From the NCBI GenBank assembly GCA_001938485.1, contig MQRK01207056.1, forward strand, positions 1-64,000: a stretch of DNA of 64,000 bases, written 5' to 3'. The DNA comes from Girardia tigrina. Its lineage: Eukaryota. The notes under the pieces were generated by a model. That model was given only the letters and a program-made list of their open reading frames with translations, was not told the origin of the DNA and made no database searches. Both the position numbers and the translations under genes were made by a program. Shown here piece after piece: positions 25,303 to 37,944 of the stretch (the first letter of the stretch is position 1; each line of letters begins with the position of its first letter).

Positions 25303-26801
25303 GATTTATATTATTTGATTAATAATAATAATAATAATCGAACGAGGCTGCTGGAATGATGGGATTAAGAAAAAAATCAGAGATAAAAAACAAAACACGA
25401 TCTAACATTTTTTGAAAATTAAAAGTGATTTAAACAAAATTTGTTTGTTATAGAAACAAATTATTTTAATATTTTCATGTGGCAATGAATTTTTATTATT
25501 TGGGGAAAAATATTTCATTATTGTATTTTTTAGATTTTTTTGGTTGTTTATATTTCTTTTGTTTTTTGATACATGCTTGTTTTACGAAAATAACTTTAAC
25601 TTTGGCAAAATTTATCAAATGTTGATAACGATTTACGTGATTCTATTACTCTATTATCTTTTTTTCTTTTTGGCTTGATTGTAAGAATTTAATCGCGTTT
25701 TTTTCATTACTATAATATGCATCTTTGTTATTTAAATTTGTAATTAATTATCGAATTTCAATAATTATTAGTTTTTTTTGTAAATATCCGTTTTAATTGA
25801 AATTACTAATAATTATTTTAATATTGAAAAATTTTATGAATTTTAATTTTGAATGTTTTATACTTTTTAAGATTTATTGAAATAACTTAAATTTGGTAAA
25901 ACTTAAGAACAATTTACCTGATTCTAATGCTCTATCTTTTTTGTTTTTCGTTTAATTTTAATTATTTTTTTATTTTGAATGTTTTTTGTTATGATTTTTA
26001 GAAATGACTCAAAATTTGGAAAAAAATTGAATATGTGAAGCGATTTATGTGATTAGAATATTCGATAAACAAATCTTAGAATTTTTTCTATTTTGGTTTT
26101 CGACAGTGTGAATATGATGACGCTTTTTAATATCAATCTTTTTTGGAGAAAAATATTTAATTTTTAAATTTACGGATAACGCCTTAAAATATCATTAGAA
26201 TTAGACCAATAAGTATCACGACTTATTTCTTTAAGAAAATTATATTCATACTAGTTTAATCCTATTGGTTTCATTATTACAAAATTTTGATAATGGTTCA
26301 TGATACTGTTTCAACTAATACTTTTATGAGTTACTTTTCATTATTTATGTTTATTTTATATGCTTATTACTGAAATAACTTTTGGTAAAACATATAAAAA
26401 GCTAATAATAATTTACTTGATTCAATTATTCTACTTTTTTGGTTTGATTGTAAGAATCTGATCGCATTTTTCTATTATATTATCCTTCTTTTCAGTAGAA
26501 ATATAATTGATTATTTTATTTTTTAATAATTTTGATTGTTTTCGATTATGGTTTAATGAAATAAATTAAATTCCGTAAAATTGCTTAAATATCATAGTGA
26601 TTGATGCCATTCGAATATTTGATAACCATTTTTTGATTTTTGTTAATGTGTACCTGAATACGTTTGCATATATTATATGTCCCTTTTTTGCGGAAAAATA
26701 TTTTATTATTTTAATTTTTATTTAATTTTCATTTTTAATTTTTTTTGTTAAAATATACTTTTTGAATGAATTGAAAATTTGATGAAATTTAGTAACCATT
26801 C

Positions 26802-26830
26802 AGTAGTTTAGCCCGAGTGTCACTCGGGAA
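26802..26830 (-). mobile_element. Helitron-like 3' terminal hairpin
   Basis: CCCGAGTG-A-CACTCGGG followed 5 nt later by CTAC/T (near CTRR). Confidence 0.4.
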
Positions 26831-27372
26831 ACGCGTATGCTTTCATATTGATTTGTCCGATTAGTACTTTGGCGGTGTAAGATTTATCAAGTCCTTTTGC
26901 GCTTTACAAGTATTCCATTAACGAACATTTTTTTAATCTGTCTCCATATTGTTCAAAATAAAATTTTGAATGTGTACCTAAAAGTACCTAAAGAGAAATA
27001 AGCCGTGAAATGGTTAAGTATTAAAAATAATTTGTTGTTCGATTACTCGATAACCAACTTCCTTTTTTTCGTCTTTTATAGTGAGATTCGTATTGCGTTT
27101 TATCTTATTATTTATCATTTTTGGGAAAAATAATTTATCATTTAGATTTTGATTGTTTTTTTAATATGCTATACTTAAAAAAGAAAAATATTAATAAAAT
27201 TGTATGTGATTCAAATTGTGTATAGATAAATGTATTTGTTTTTGATTTTTTTTTATTTTTAGACTTTGAGAGATAAAATTGTTTGACGTTTTCTCTTTAT
27301 ACTATACTTCTTTTGAAAGGAAAAGATTCGTTTTTTTGATTTTAATTATTTGGATTTCGAATATTTTCATTG

Positions 27373-29437
27373 GGGGTCATTCATATATTATGTCACACTT
27401 TTAGGGGAGTCTAGAAGTTTGTCAAATTTTGTGACAGGGGGAAGGACGGGTATGATAATTTGTGACGTGACAAAGATTTACCAAAATTATGATCAATGGT
27501 ATCAAATCCTAAAATATTTAAGTAAAGGGTTTTCATATTAAATTGAGATTTTTTCATTTTAAAATGAGATTTTTATTTTGATTTGAGTTTTTTTTTATTT
27601 TTATTAACGATTTTTGATATATATTTGAGATTTTCGATTTTGATTTTTTATTAATATGTTTGGGTATTGGGTAGACATTTGCAATTTGTGTATAGGTATA
27701 TAGATTTAATTCAAAACAAAAGAAAATTATTAAAATAAATTATATTAAATCTTTATTACAATTACAAATTACAAAAAGTTGAAAAAACCTTATTTAAATT
27801 TAACGTAGACGTGGGATAATATATCCTCACGACCTTCTTATTTAAATTAAGATTTAAACAATTTTATGACAAATCAATTGATCATTTTTGGATAGATTAC
27901 CTTTCAGTCAATAACTTGCACTTTGATTAATAATTTCGATTGGTATTTATATTAAATTCGGTTTCACGTACAGTTCAGGGTCCAAACCGTGATCGTCTAA
28001 AGTACGGTTACTAAAAATAAAGCAGTTTGGTCGAAGTTAAAAACTAATTAACTTTTCGTTAACTTTTAATTAATTTTTGTTGCACTTTTTTATTCTTTTC
28101 TTTCCTTTTTATATTTCTTTTTAACTTTTTAATTAATTTATTTACAATTTGATGTTTAATGTTTTTATTCTTTATGTAAATATTCTATTTTCTAATCATT
28201 TTTACTTTTATTATTTATTTGTTTTTATTATTGATTTTATAGTAAAAAGTAAATAATTTTCTAATTTTACTGATTTAAACAAAATTTTAATTTTTAAAAC
28301 TTTATTAATATTTCTGTACTCAACAAAGATTTGAAAATTTTGATTTAAATCCGGATTTTTTTGAAATCATTTTTATAAATTTAATGATCATAATTTTGTC
28401 AATTTTATCGTTTTTGTCTAAACAAATAATTCTATTTTTATTTTACAGTGAATATATACAAATATTAATATAATAAAATAAGTAAATAAATAATAATAAA
28501 CAGTTTTTTATTATCCGTATATTGTATTGCATAAGTAATATTTTAATACACATATATTCTCAGCATACATACTATTTTATATGTTTAAACTAATAAAATA
28601 TTAATACACCAAAACTAAAACATTAAACAACGATTACTCAAAAGTGCAAGTGTATATGTTTTACTTACAATGGTCAATTTAAAATATGTAGTGAAAATCA
28701 ACTTACTGGTTGAATCAAAATTGAAAATCCCCAATCTAAATCAAAAATAGTTATTAAAAATAAAAAAACTGTAATCAAAATAAAAATTTCAATTTAAAAT
28801 GAAATAATCTTATTTCAAAATGAAAATATCGCAATCGAAAATGAAAAAAATCAAATTAAAATGAAATAATCACAATTTAAAATGAAAACCATAAAATCAA
28901 TGATAAAATTTGAAGTATGAATTATACATGATTTAATTTTTATTATTTTTACTAAATTAGTTCAATTGAATTTTGTAACCTAATCTGCTTCTCAATAATA
29001 ATTAAAAATGTTTAATATTGTTTATTTATATGATAATGTTTAAACTTTAAACTGCATGAGAATTAAATTAAAAACAGAAATATATTCAAAAATTTGAAAG
29101 TTTTTAATTTGACTTTTAGAATTATTCTCTTTATACATATTACAAATTTTGTTGCATACGTTCTTGAATAATTATTGAATTTTAGAATTATTTATTTTTG
29201 TAACGGTATTCCTATTTTTGAATAATTTATTTATTGATCGAGAAAAAAAATTATTGAAAGGTAAAATTCTTAATTTTGTGTTTGATTCTTAACTCAAAGA
29301 TCCTTATTTTAAAATGGATAATTTAACGATTTTTTTGGGATGTAAAAATGGGGTTGGAGATTTTGTGACACGTTGTGACAGGGGGTAGGGGGTTAAAAAA
29401 ATAATTTTTTCGTGTGACATAATTTATGAACGGCCCC
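27373..29437. mobile_element. Non-autonomous PIF/Harbinger-like element
   Basis: 26-bp TIRs GGGGTCATTCATATATTATGTCACAC / GTGTGACATAATTTATGAACGGCCCC, flanks TTG/TTA, subterminal TGTGACAGGGGG repeats; no ORF. Confidence 0.75.
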
Positions 29438-30974
29438 TTATATACATTATTGAAATAAATGAAAATTTGCTAAAACTTAATTAAATAATAATAAAAATTT
29501 ATGTGATTAGATTGATTGACAACTAATTTTTTTCTTTCTCCTCTTTGATAATGAAAATCGGATTGCGATTTTTTCGTATTATATTTGACTTCTTTTTTTA
29601 ATAAAAATTTCTAATACTTTTAATGTTCAACTAATTAACATTTAGTGAAACTTATTTTAAAATATTAGTATGATTTTCTGTGGTTCGAATACTCGATAAC
29701 AAATTTCTTACTTAAGGTTTTTTTCCTTTAGGTCTTTGGTAGTGAAAATCTTATTAAGTTTTCTTCATGTTATATTATAAGCCTTTATGGACTATAATTA
29801 GTTAATTTCAAAAGATTATATTACTTTGTGAATTTTAAACTTATATTTTTCGATTCTCACATTTAAAATGTTAAGCTGATTTGTATAATTTTATTCATTT
29901 CTAATTTGTAAAGAATTTTAACGACTGACGTTCACCTTAGAATTTTATAAGGATTATTAAGTTAAAAGATTATACCTAATATAATATTAATTTTAAATGT
30001 ATATTATTTTATTTAATTTTGACTTATATCAATAAACCAACTCAAGCGTTAAAGTGATTGTAAATTGGTTATCCATCGTAAAATCAGTCAACGATTGAGA
30101 AATTTGACAGACACAAGATTCAAGATCAACATATGAAAACTAAATTGTGATCAAGTCGAACAAGACGGTTGAAACAATTTAAATTTTTTAAAAAAGCACG
30201 AAATCTTCCACCATACTTATTTAAACCATTTAGGTCCGTGTTTTTCACTCGAAAATAATTTTACAAATTCTGTTTACTGTTTTTCTTGGTTTGTATAGTT
30301 GTATTTACCTATACTTATATAATATACAAGACTTAATATCACAACATTTTTCTTATTGTTTATGTACAATTTGATGTTCAAAAAGACTTAATAACATTAC
30401 GCAAACAGTTAACTATCAGAAAAAGTACGAAAATCCAGATTAACTGTCACTTCGTCGGTACATAAACAGTTTTTTTTCGGTTGAAACATTCTATAGATAA
30501 AATTATTACTAATGATGCATAAAATGTTCATCACAAATATGCCTAACTAAAATTTCAATCGGTACACCAGTACAAATGAAGGAAAGACCTTCACAATGAG
30601 GGCATATAACTTCTCATACAAAAAAATTAGAGGAAAATATTAATGTTTATTGTTGCAATTTTTAAACAAAAGAAGAAACAGATTTACATAAAAGATATTT
30701 TGAATTGAGTTGTTTTTAAAAGGATTTTCAAAAATAACTAAAAAGTGAAAAAAATTTCCTTACACCTTTTTCCTAATGGTACATGTGATCTTAAAACAGC
30801 TAATGGTATAGCATATTTATTACTGGATATGCTTTTTAGTTTTCGGGTGAAATGCGTGGGAAAAACGTGCGTAACTGTAGGATTACTAAAGATTAGTACC
30901 CGGTTTTTCGGCAAAATTGAAAAAAAACCGCAATTTTGCCGAACAAATTCTAACACTTAATAAACAAGTTAATA

Positions 30975-31420
30975 AAAAGTCTAGTGACAATTTAAGCGCA
31001 ATTTCCTTATGTTATTCGGTGCCCAAATATTAAAACGTTTATATCAGTATTTGACTATGATTAATTTTTTGTGACCGAACNNAAGGATATTTTTGAAAAC
31101 TTTCTTCGGCAATATTGTTCTAAATTATTGCAGGAATCGATTGGTAAATGTTTCAAGTCGCTAAGTGGTCTGGTTGCCGAGATATAGGCCAAAAACTGCA
31201 TGTTTTCGAGGTTTTTTGGCTTTTCCGGGAAATCCGGGAATTTTTTTGGCCCACAATCATCATCCGAACTTGCTTAACATATTTGCTTTTGGAACTAGCC
31301 CTCGATATTGCTTCGTTGAGGAGATACGACTTAAAGCTGCGGACACACATCCATCCATCTATCCACACAGAAATAACCAATTAATAATCGCAATTGTCAG
31401 TATGGAAATTGCGCTAAAAA
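30975..31420 (-). mobile_element. DINE-1/HINE (Helentron-associated)-like non-autonomous element
   Basis: T-run, subTIR GCGCAATTTCC, nearby partial inverted copy, (GATG)n microsatellite, 3' subTIR GGAAATTGCGC, small stem-loop and T-run. Confidence 0.65.
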
Positions 31421-31974
31421 CGATAGAAACTAATTAGTAAATCAAAAAATTAATTTTTTTATACCATTCTTTATGCAGACAGAACTTTACTTTATCAACA
31501 AAATTTTTAAAATTTAAAAATTTTAATTAAAAAAAACAATAAAAATTAATATAAACTACTTATAATTTATCAGTAGATTTCTTTCAATTAATATTTTTCA
31601 GGAACTCCAAATTTTCCGTTTTTTTCCAATTTTGGGATTTAAAAAGTTTTTTTTGATCAAATTTTTACATAATTATTTATTGTCATCGAGTGTGCGCAAA
31701 TGTTGGAGAAAATTGATTGAGTAAAAGACCTTCAAAAATAGGTTTCTAAATTCCATAGATACACACACACACATATATATAAAGTAAGTTAATAAAAAGA
31801 ATGTAATAAAAAAGGAAAAACAAGAAAAGAATGGTTTTTATTATCGTAAAGTTTAATTATAGCTGTCAATTTTCTACGCCACTAAATCGTGAAGATATAC
31901 TTCGAAGAAAAAGTTCGGTTGCATTATTGCTTGTTTGGCGGTTTTCATAATGATAAAAAAGTATTTTTATTTAA

Positions 31975-32456
31975 CACATTGAATGCTGAGTACGAGATAT
32001 CTCGTACTTCAATATTCATTAGTTAGACGCTAAGTATGAGATATCTCGTACTTTGGCTTACATTACTAAGACGCTAAGTACCACTATCTTTCTTCGTTTG
32101 TTTGGTTGAGCCATAACACCAGAAAATGTTTGGTGGTAAATAATTTAACGTTATATAATTTATATTCCGTTTTATTTATGATTTTATTGTTGTATTTTAT
32201 ATTTATGTTAAAATATTGTTTTTAATACTCGATAAAATAAAATTATTTTCGCGGCAAAATACCAAAACAGACGCGCTTGCTGCTCTAAAGCTCTGGTTCC
32301 TGAGTTTTTTTTATTTGACTGGTACCAGTAATTAATTATTGTAGCGCAACACATATTGGTGACACACTTACACGCCGCGCGGCAGTAAACTTTTTTGTCC
32401 CACGCGTAGCGCGCGTAGCAGACGTTCGGTGCATGATGTCAACAGCAGTCAATGTG
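31975..32456. mobile_element. piggyBac-type MITE
   Basis: TTAA-CACATTGAATGC...GCAGTCAATGTG-TTAA; internal palindrome GTACGAGATATCTCGTAC repeated. Confidence 0.85.
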
Positions 32457-33296
32457 TTAAAACTAATTTTCATATTTTTCGGCGAAAAAACGGCTAGCCA
32501 TATTCTATATATATTTTTATATATATTCTACCGGATGATTGATTATATGTTTCAGGGGCTGAAATCAAGCAAATAATAAAGACTGTGGTTTGCAATCATA
32601 ATACCATCAATGTATTTTGTTCAATGCTTTTAATGATTCACTGATTGTTTAAGTAGTTAAAGAATAATATGCAGTTAAGATTTGACGATGTTTTCAAATT
32701 CAAAATTGCTGTCAACAAGAGTCAAAGACATCACTTTGGCAACATAACCAAGAAGTGGTTTCAGTGATTCGCAAAAAACTTTGATATGTCGGATGCAATT
32801 GGTTTGGTCTTTTTACAAATATGTATAAATGTAAACGGCAGTGCAGAAGATGATTTAAATCCATCCGAACCCCAATAAAGGATATAGAAGCAAATGGTAC
32901 ATTGGAGGAGTAAGCAGTTGAAAGAACGATATTTTTTTAAACATTGATTAACGATACGAGTAGATGGAGATTGTGTATGCATAGACTTTGGAAGAAAAAA
33001 AACCATGTTTGCAATTTCTCACTGCAGTTACTGAACTTGAAATGCGGATAAAGTTAGAAGTCAAAAATGATAATTCCAAGGTTCAGTTTCAGCAAAATTA
33101 TCGGAATACAAGATAAAAGTTCGTCAATGATCATCCGATAAGAAGAGCTTCATGCACTAATTATGGCATTCACATTAAAGACAAGGTGCTCTCCCAAGAA
33201 GAGGTGAATGAGTAGATAAAGTGGGATGAGAATCGAGATTGAAACATTCATAACAGGTTTAAATATCGACATAATCTACATAGTTTTTGTACCAAA

Positions 33297-33339
<43 letters not shown>

Positions 33340-33666
33340 GACAAGGCCGAACTCTTTACGGATTCGGTGGTTAATAATAATAATTATTATCAAAATTTTA
33401 ATAAGATTTTTCTCACCAATGTAAAAAGTTTTACTCATTTACATTTTTAAATGTGTAAAAAGTGACCAAATGTATGAATGTTGCGATTTTTCAACAATTA
33501 TGAAATCTCTTTATTTTATGGTATTTTTATCAGTGGTTTTTTATTATACATATCTTAAACTTTTGTTTCCATTTTACCTTATCAATTTTATCAGTGATCT
33601 CATTTTTTCAGTTCTCCTAAGTTTCAATCACTTTTGTTGTCTCAATGTTTCTAAAATCTATTCATT

Positions 33667-34238
33667 TTACCAAATACACGCATAAGATAAAAATGTAATA
33701 AACATTATTCCAAAACAAATAAGAAGAAGTGCATGTGAATTATTACTGTTAAAAGCACCGACATAGTTACTATGCATACATTCATTAATATCACATTTAG
33801 AGTCATCATAACTTTCGAAAGTTCTTTCACCATTTATTTTCATTCTCATTTGTGTTATTTCTAAATTTTTAATAATGATTATTCGAATAGATTTCCAAAT
33901 TTTTTAAAACATTTATTATTATTTAAATTTAAAAATATTTTAAAAAATAATTAAACTAATTTTAAAATTGTCCAAACCTCTTAAACGTCTTTAATTTTCG
34001 AAAAAAAGGATTACTTATCTTAGAAATTACCTTACCCCATATTATTACTTTTTAAATTTAAATTTTATCAGATTATTAAATTTTCATTAATTATAAAAGT
34101 AAAATCTGTTCGAATGATCAGTTATCACCAATACAATAAAGCTCCAATTTTCCGACTGGATGGGTGAATCACAATCCCAATTTCAGCACACTCAAATAAA
34201 CACACCACATCCATACACAACTTAAAACATTCCTCACA
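33667..34238 (-). repeat. Dispersed cassette copy E
   Basis: TGTGAGGAATGTTTT...CACCCATCCAGTCGGAAAATTG, CATTCGAA...TTCGAATAAT, ATG at 33843 MKINGERTFESYDDSKCDIN...VGAFN followed by a hydrophobic stretch. Confidence 0.7.
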
Positions 34239-35687
34239 ATTACAAAATGTTTTGTTGATGTATAGAAAAGCATTTTGTTCCAAGAAAATGTGAATGATGT
34301 TAGGATTTGTAAAGGAATAAATATTTTTGAATTTGATAAATTGAAAAATGTGGATTATACTTTTTTTACATTGATTTGAGCAACCGAAAATGAGAAAGAT
34401 CACCGAAGGAATCAATTTGGTTTACGAATAATGTCCTTGGGTGTTTTTTAGTTTAGAATTATAAAATTAGACTTTTAATTCTGTAAAAACCTATTCTTTT
34501 ATGACCATTCAACTGAAAGGAGTTTTTATTATATTTTTAAGAAGGTTTTACATCGAATTGGTAAACATATTCCCTAATGATGGATGGTCCTAAAATGTGT
34601 CAAGGAATATTATGAAGAATAATTAAAATTATTTTTACAAATAAAAGTATTATTATTTTGGCATATTATTTCATCAGTGAAATATTTTAAGTAATTTAAA
34701 TTTAAAATTTTCTTTTTCCAAAGAAATATAATGCCACATAAAAGGTAAATCTCTTTAATATCTTTTGACAGAATATCTTCTTGATATTTTAGTAATTATA
34801 TTTGAAACATCCCTCTCAAGAGAATAAATCAAGCCAAACTTCTGTTTCGTTGGAGTTACTTATTTCCAACATGTCATTTTCGTATTGCTTTTTTTTAAGG
34901 TTTGGATTTAATCGTAAAATTTACGTATAAAATTTATATTATATTTTTCAAGTGTTCAACTTTCCAGACGAAAAATGCCACTTTAAATGAAAAAGAAAAC
35001 AATCAAAAAGATTATCAATAATATAATTCAACAATATTTCGAAATATTCTTCTTTAAAATATTTATTAACCATATTTTGGAATTATTTGTGTGGCAAAAT
35101 CAGTTGGACGTTTTATGAAAACGACATGACCCATAGGGTCCAAGAAGAAGCTTCCTGCCCTGATGTACGACCTGGCTCTCTTTAACAAGAGCTTTGTATT
35201 AAGTTCATTTAGACAATCTTCGGAGTACCTAAAGATAGTTATAATTAATACTAATATTATTGTTTTTTTTATTTTAATAAAGAAAAATAACTAAATTATA
35301 TTTAAATGATTAGAAATGAATAAATAATGAATATAATGGTATTGTAACATTCATTCATTCACTAAATTAACCGAGGAAATGTTTCTAAAAATATAATAAA
35401 TAAAAATATATAATATAATAAGTAAAAATATCTTTTACCCATTTCAATGATATTAATAAGATATTTTTGATAATTATATTCATATCTTACTTTTTGGTAA
35501 TAGTACTATTTACTATATACCAATACTCCTTCTGTTGTTTTTGAAAGAATAGAAGAGTTTTCGATTAAGCGATTTAAACACTGGTCAAATGCCCAAATTG
35601 TTTTTTCCAACTATATTAAAGTATTTTAAAGTTAATATATTGCGCAATAGCCATTGCGTTGCATGACTTGTAGTTTGAAACAAACTC

Positions 35688-35724
35688 ACAACTGACGATG
35701 CTATCAAAGGAAAATGTGTTTTGT
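35688..35724 (+). ncRNA. Possible third decayed minimal hammerhead
   Basis: ACAA-CTGACGA-TGCTATCAAAGG-AAAA-TGTGTT-TTGT; ATGTGT could be CpG-decayed ACGCGT. Confidence 0.3.
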
Positions 35725-36149
35725 AGTATAAATCAGGACTGAGCAACAAGCGATCATGCTTATGTTTTAGAGCGGCCAGTCAATGGTATGATTTTTCACA
35801 TATATTTGTTAATATTGTTTATAAAATTGATAAGAAAGTCCTACAGCAACATGGAAGTATGCCCAGGAAATGCAGAAATTAATAACCTAATTCGAATCGC
35901 GATTTAAAATATTTAGATCGGAAGAAGCCATTCTTAATTTCAGTGTATTTTCATCATCATAAATTTCATAATATGGACATTTAAAAGTTTTATTAAAATA
36001 CATAATTATCTAAAAGTTTCCATGAATAATCAACGGTTTAATTAAAACATCATGACATTTTTCTGTAGTGCATCATGTTTGCGGGTAATGATTTACCACA
36101 ATGAAAATAATTTAAGAGTCAACAGATTAAGACTTAATGAAAAACGTTT

Positions 36150-36590
36150 GGGAAGCTGTTTAAGAGTTGCTAGATCGTCAGTTTGTCAGCAATGCGTCTT
36201 TGGTAGCCTGAAGGGGTGAAAAGCACTCGGTACAAAATCTGGGCTGTACAGCAGATAATCCACAAGCACTAGTCTAGCACCTTCAATTGTGGTCTTAAAA
36301 ATGAACGTTGTAGACACTGGCGTATTATCGTGGAGAAACCGTAGTGGCATGTTCTTCTGCTTCGTCTTTTCTTTCTGGCGGTTGTCACGAGTTAGCTATA
36401 CTATGCAACGTTGATGGTGATGCCATTATCCGTGAAATCCATGAGAATTACACCATTTACGATACAAATAGGAGAAGCATCATCGCTCGTCCGTGTCTTG
36501 TCCCCGTTCGTATATTCAAAGATGGCTTCTCTTCAGGTAGTTTCCACTCTGCTGACTCACGCTTTGCTGGTATTAAATTTTGTATTTTCT
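36150..36590 (-). mobile_element. Heavily decayed mariner transposase fragment
   Basis: GVILMDF...TIN, FLHDNTP, YSPDFVPSAFHPF. Confidence 0.7.
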
Positions 36591-36939
36591 AGCATATAAC
36601 TGGAATATCATTTTTTATAAATAAGTATCATTAATTTTGAGAATTTTACAAATTCATTTAATTATTTATATAAATAATCTTTAATATATATATATTTAAA
36701 AAAATTATCACCATATGTTTTTATTTTTCTTTTATTTTCTGTGATTTTTTTTTATTTTATAGATCACTAAGATCATTAGAAAAATAATTGTTCAAATGAA
36801 TTTAATTCTTTTTATATCTTTATTTTTTAATTTGGTATATTGTTGGAATCATTAAAACTGTTTTTTAGATTTTTAAACAAAATATCTGTTAAAAATTATT
36901 AATCAATAACTTTTATATTATATATTCATTATTTAGTCA

Positions 36940-37904
36940 AATTATAGTGAAAACGGAAATTCGATATGGTAGACTTTAAGTAAAGGTTATTTCTAGAGCT
37001 GAGGTTATGGACAACATGGAAACACCAGTTTAATATAAATTGATGCTTTTCCTAAAAGTAAAAAAGGATAATATTTTGTGCTGTGGTGGGACACCTGGTA
37101 GGTAGCATTAAAACTGTCATAAGCAACGCTGGCGTTCATGTCATTGTAATATTTCGTGAGTCTCCCGACTAAATTACAACAATGAGATATCTTGGCTGAT
37201 CATCCCTCTAAAAATATGTTTATGGCACATGGAATGAATGGATTTCATCCGGTATACCTACATTTACATCATCCTGATGGCTGTACCACCGTCATCAGGA
37301 CGCATGTACCACATAGACCTACAGATCTATACTTTTAATAATTGAATAAAATTTGCCAATCGAGATCCTATAAACCATAATGTAAATTCATATTTTAAAG
37401 CCATGATAGAAGCTTTTTTATCAATAATTTAACATTTATTTTATTAACGAAAATAACCCAAATTACTGAAGAAGAAACAGAGTACCAGAATTTCAGAGAA
37501 TAAAGTAAACGGCTTTCTAGTCATAAACTATTTTTTTTATTTACAAAGTTTGTAGCTCATAACTGCTGAAGGTTTTGTAAAGACCTTGGTACTGGTAACA
37601 TATAATACTGCCATATGGTAGAAATAAGAACAAGAATATAGAAGTATAAATTTATAAGACTTAGAAATCTCACAAACCAGAAATAATTTACATAAAGATG
37701 TATATTATAAGACTTTATGTTATCAAGCGCATTAAAATCTATGGGATCCCTTCAAAGGAAACACAGAAATAGTTATTCTTTATTTAGTATTATTTTCCAC
37801 ATATATTACAATATGGAAAATATGAATACATAAGTCAAAGATATATAAAAATAAATATAAAAAATATATATAAATATATAAATTACAACAATGAGATATC
37901 TCGG

Positions 37905-37944
<40 letters not shown>

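Larger units (their letters stand above)
25560..29780. repeat. Old degenerate tandem repeat (about 190-200 bp unit) upstream of ABCF2, interrupted by later insertions
   Basis: Recurring AAATAACTT..TTTGGTAAAA / ATTTATGTGATT.GAATA.TCGATAAC / AATC.GAT.GC.TTTT on both sides of the 27373 element. Confidence 0.6.

Noticed and set aside
16708-25359. Many overlapping ORFs on both strands over the ABCF2 exons
   Set aside because: Shadow frames caused by stop-poor GC-rich coding sequence
32640-33260. Possible Helitron helicase remnant (IAVNKSQ)
   Set aside because: Single weak motif, no supporting ones
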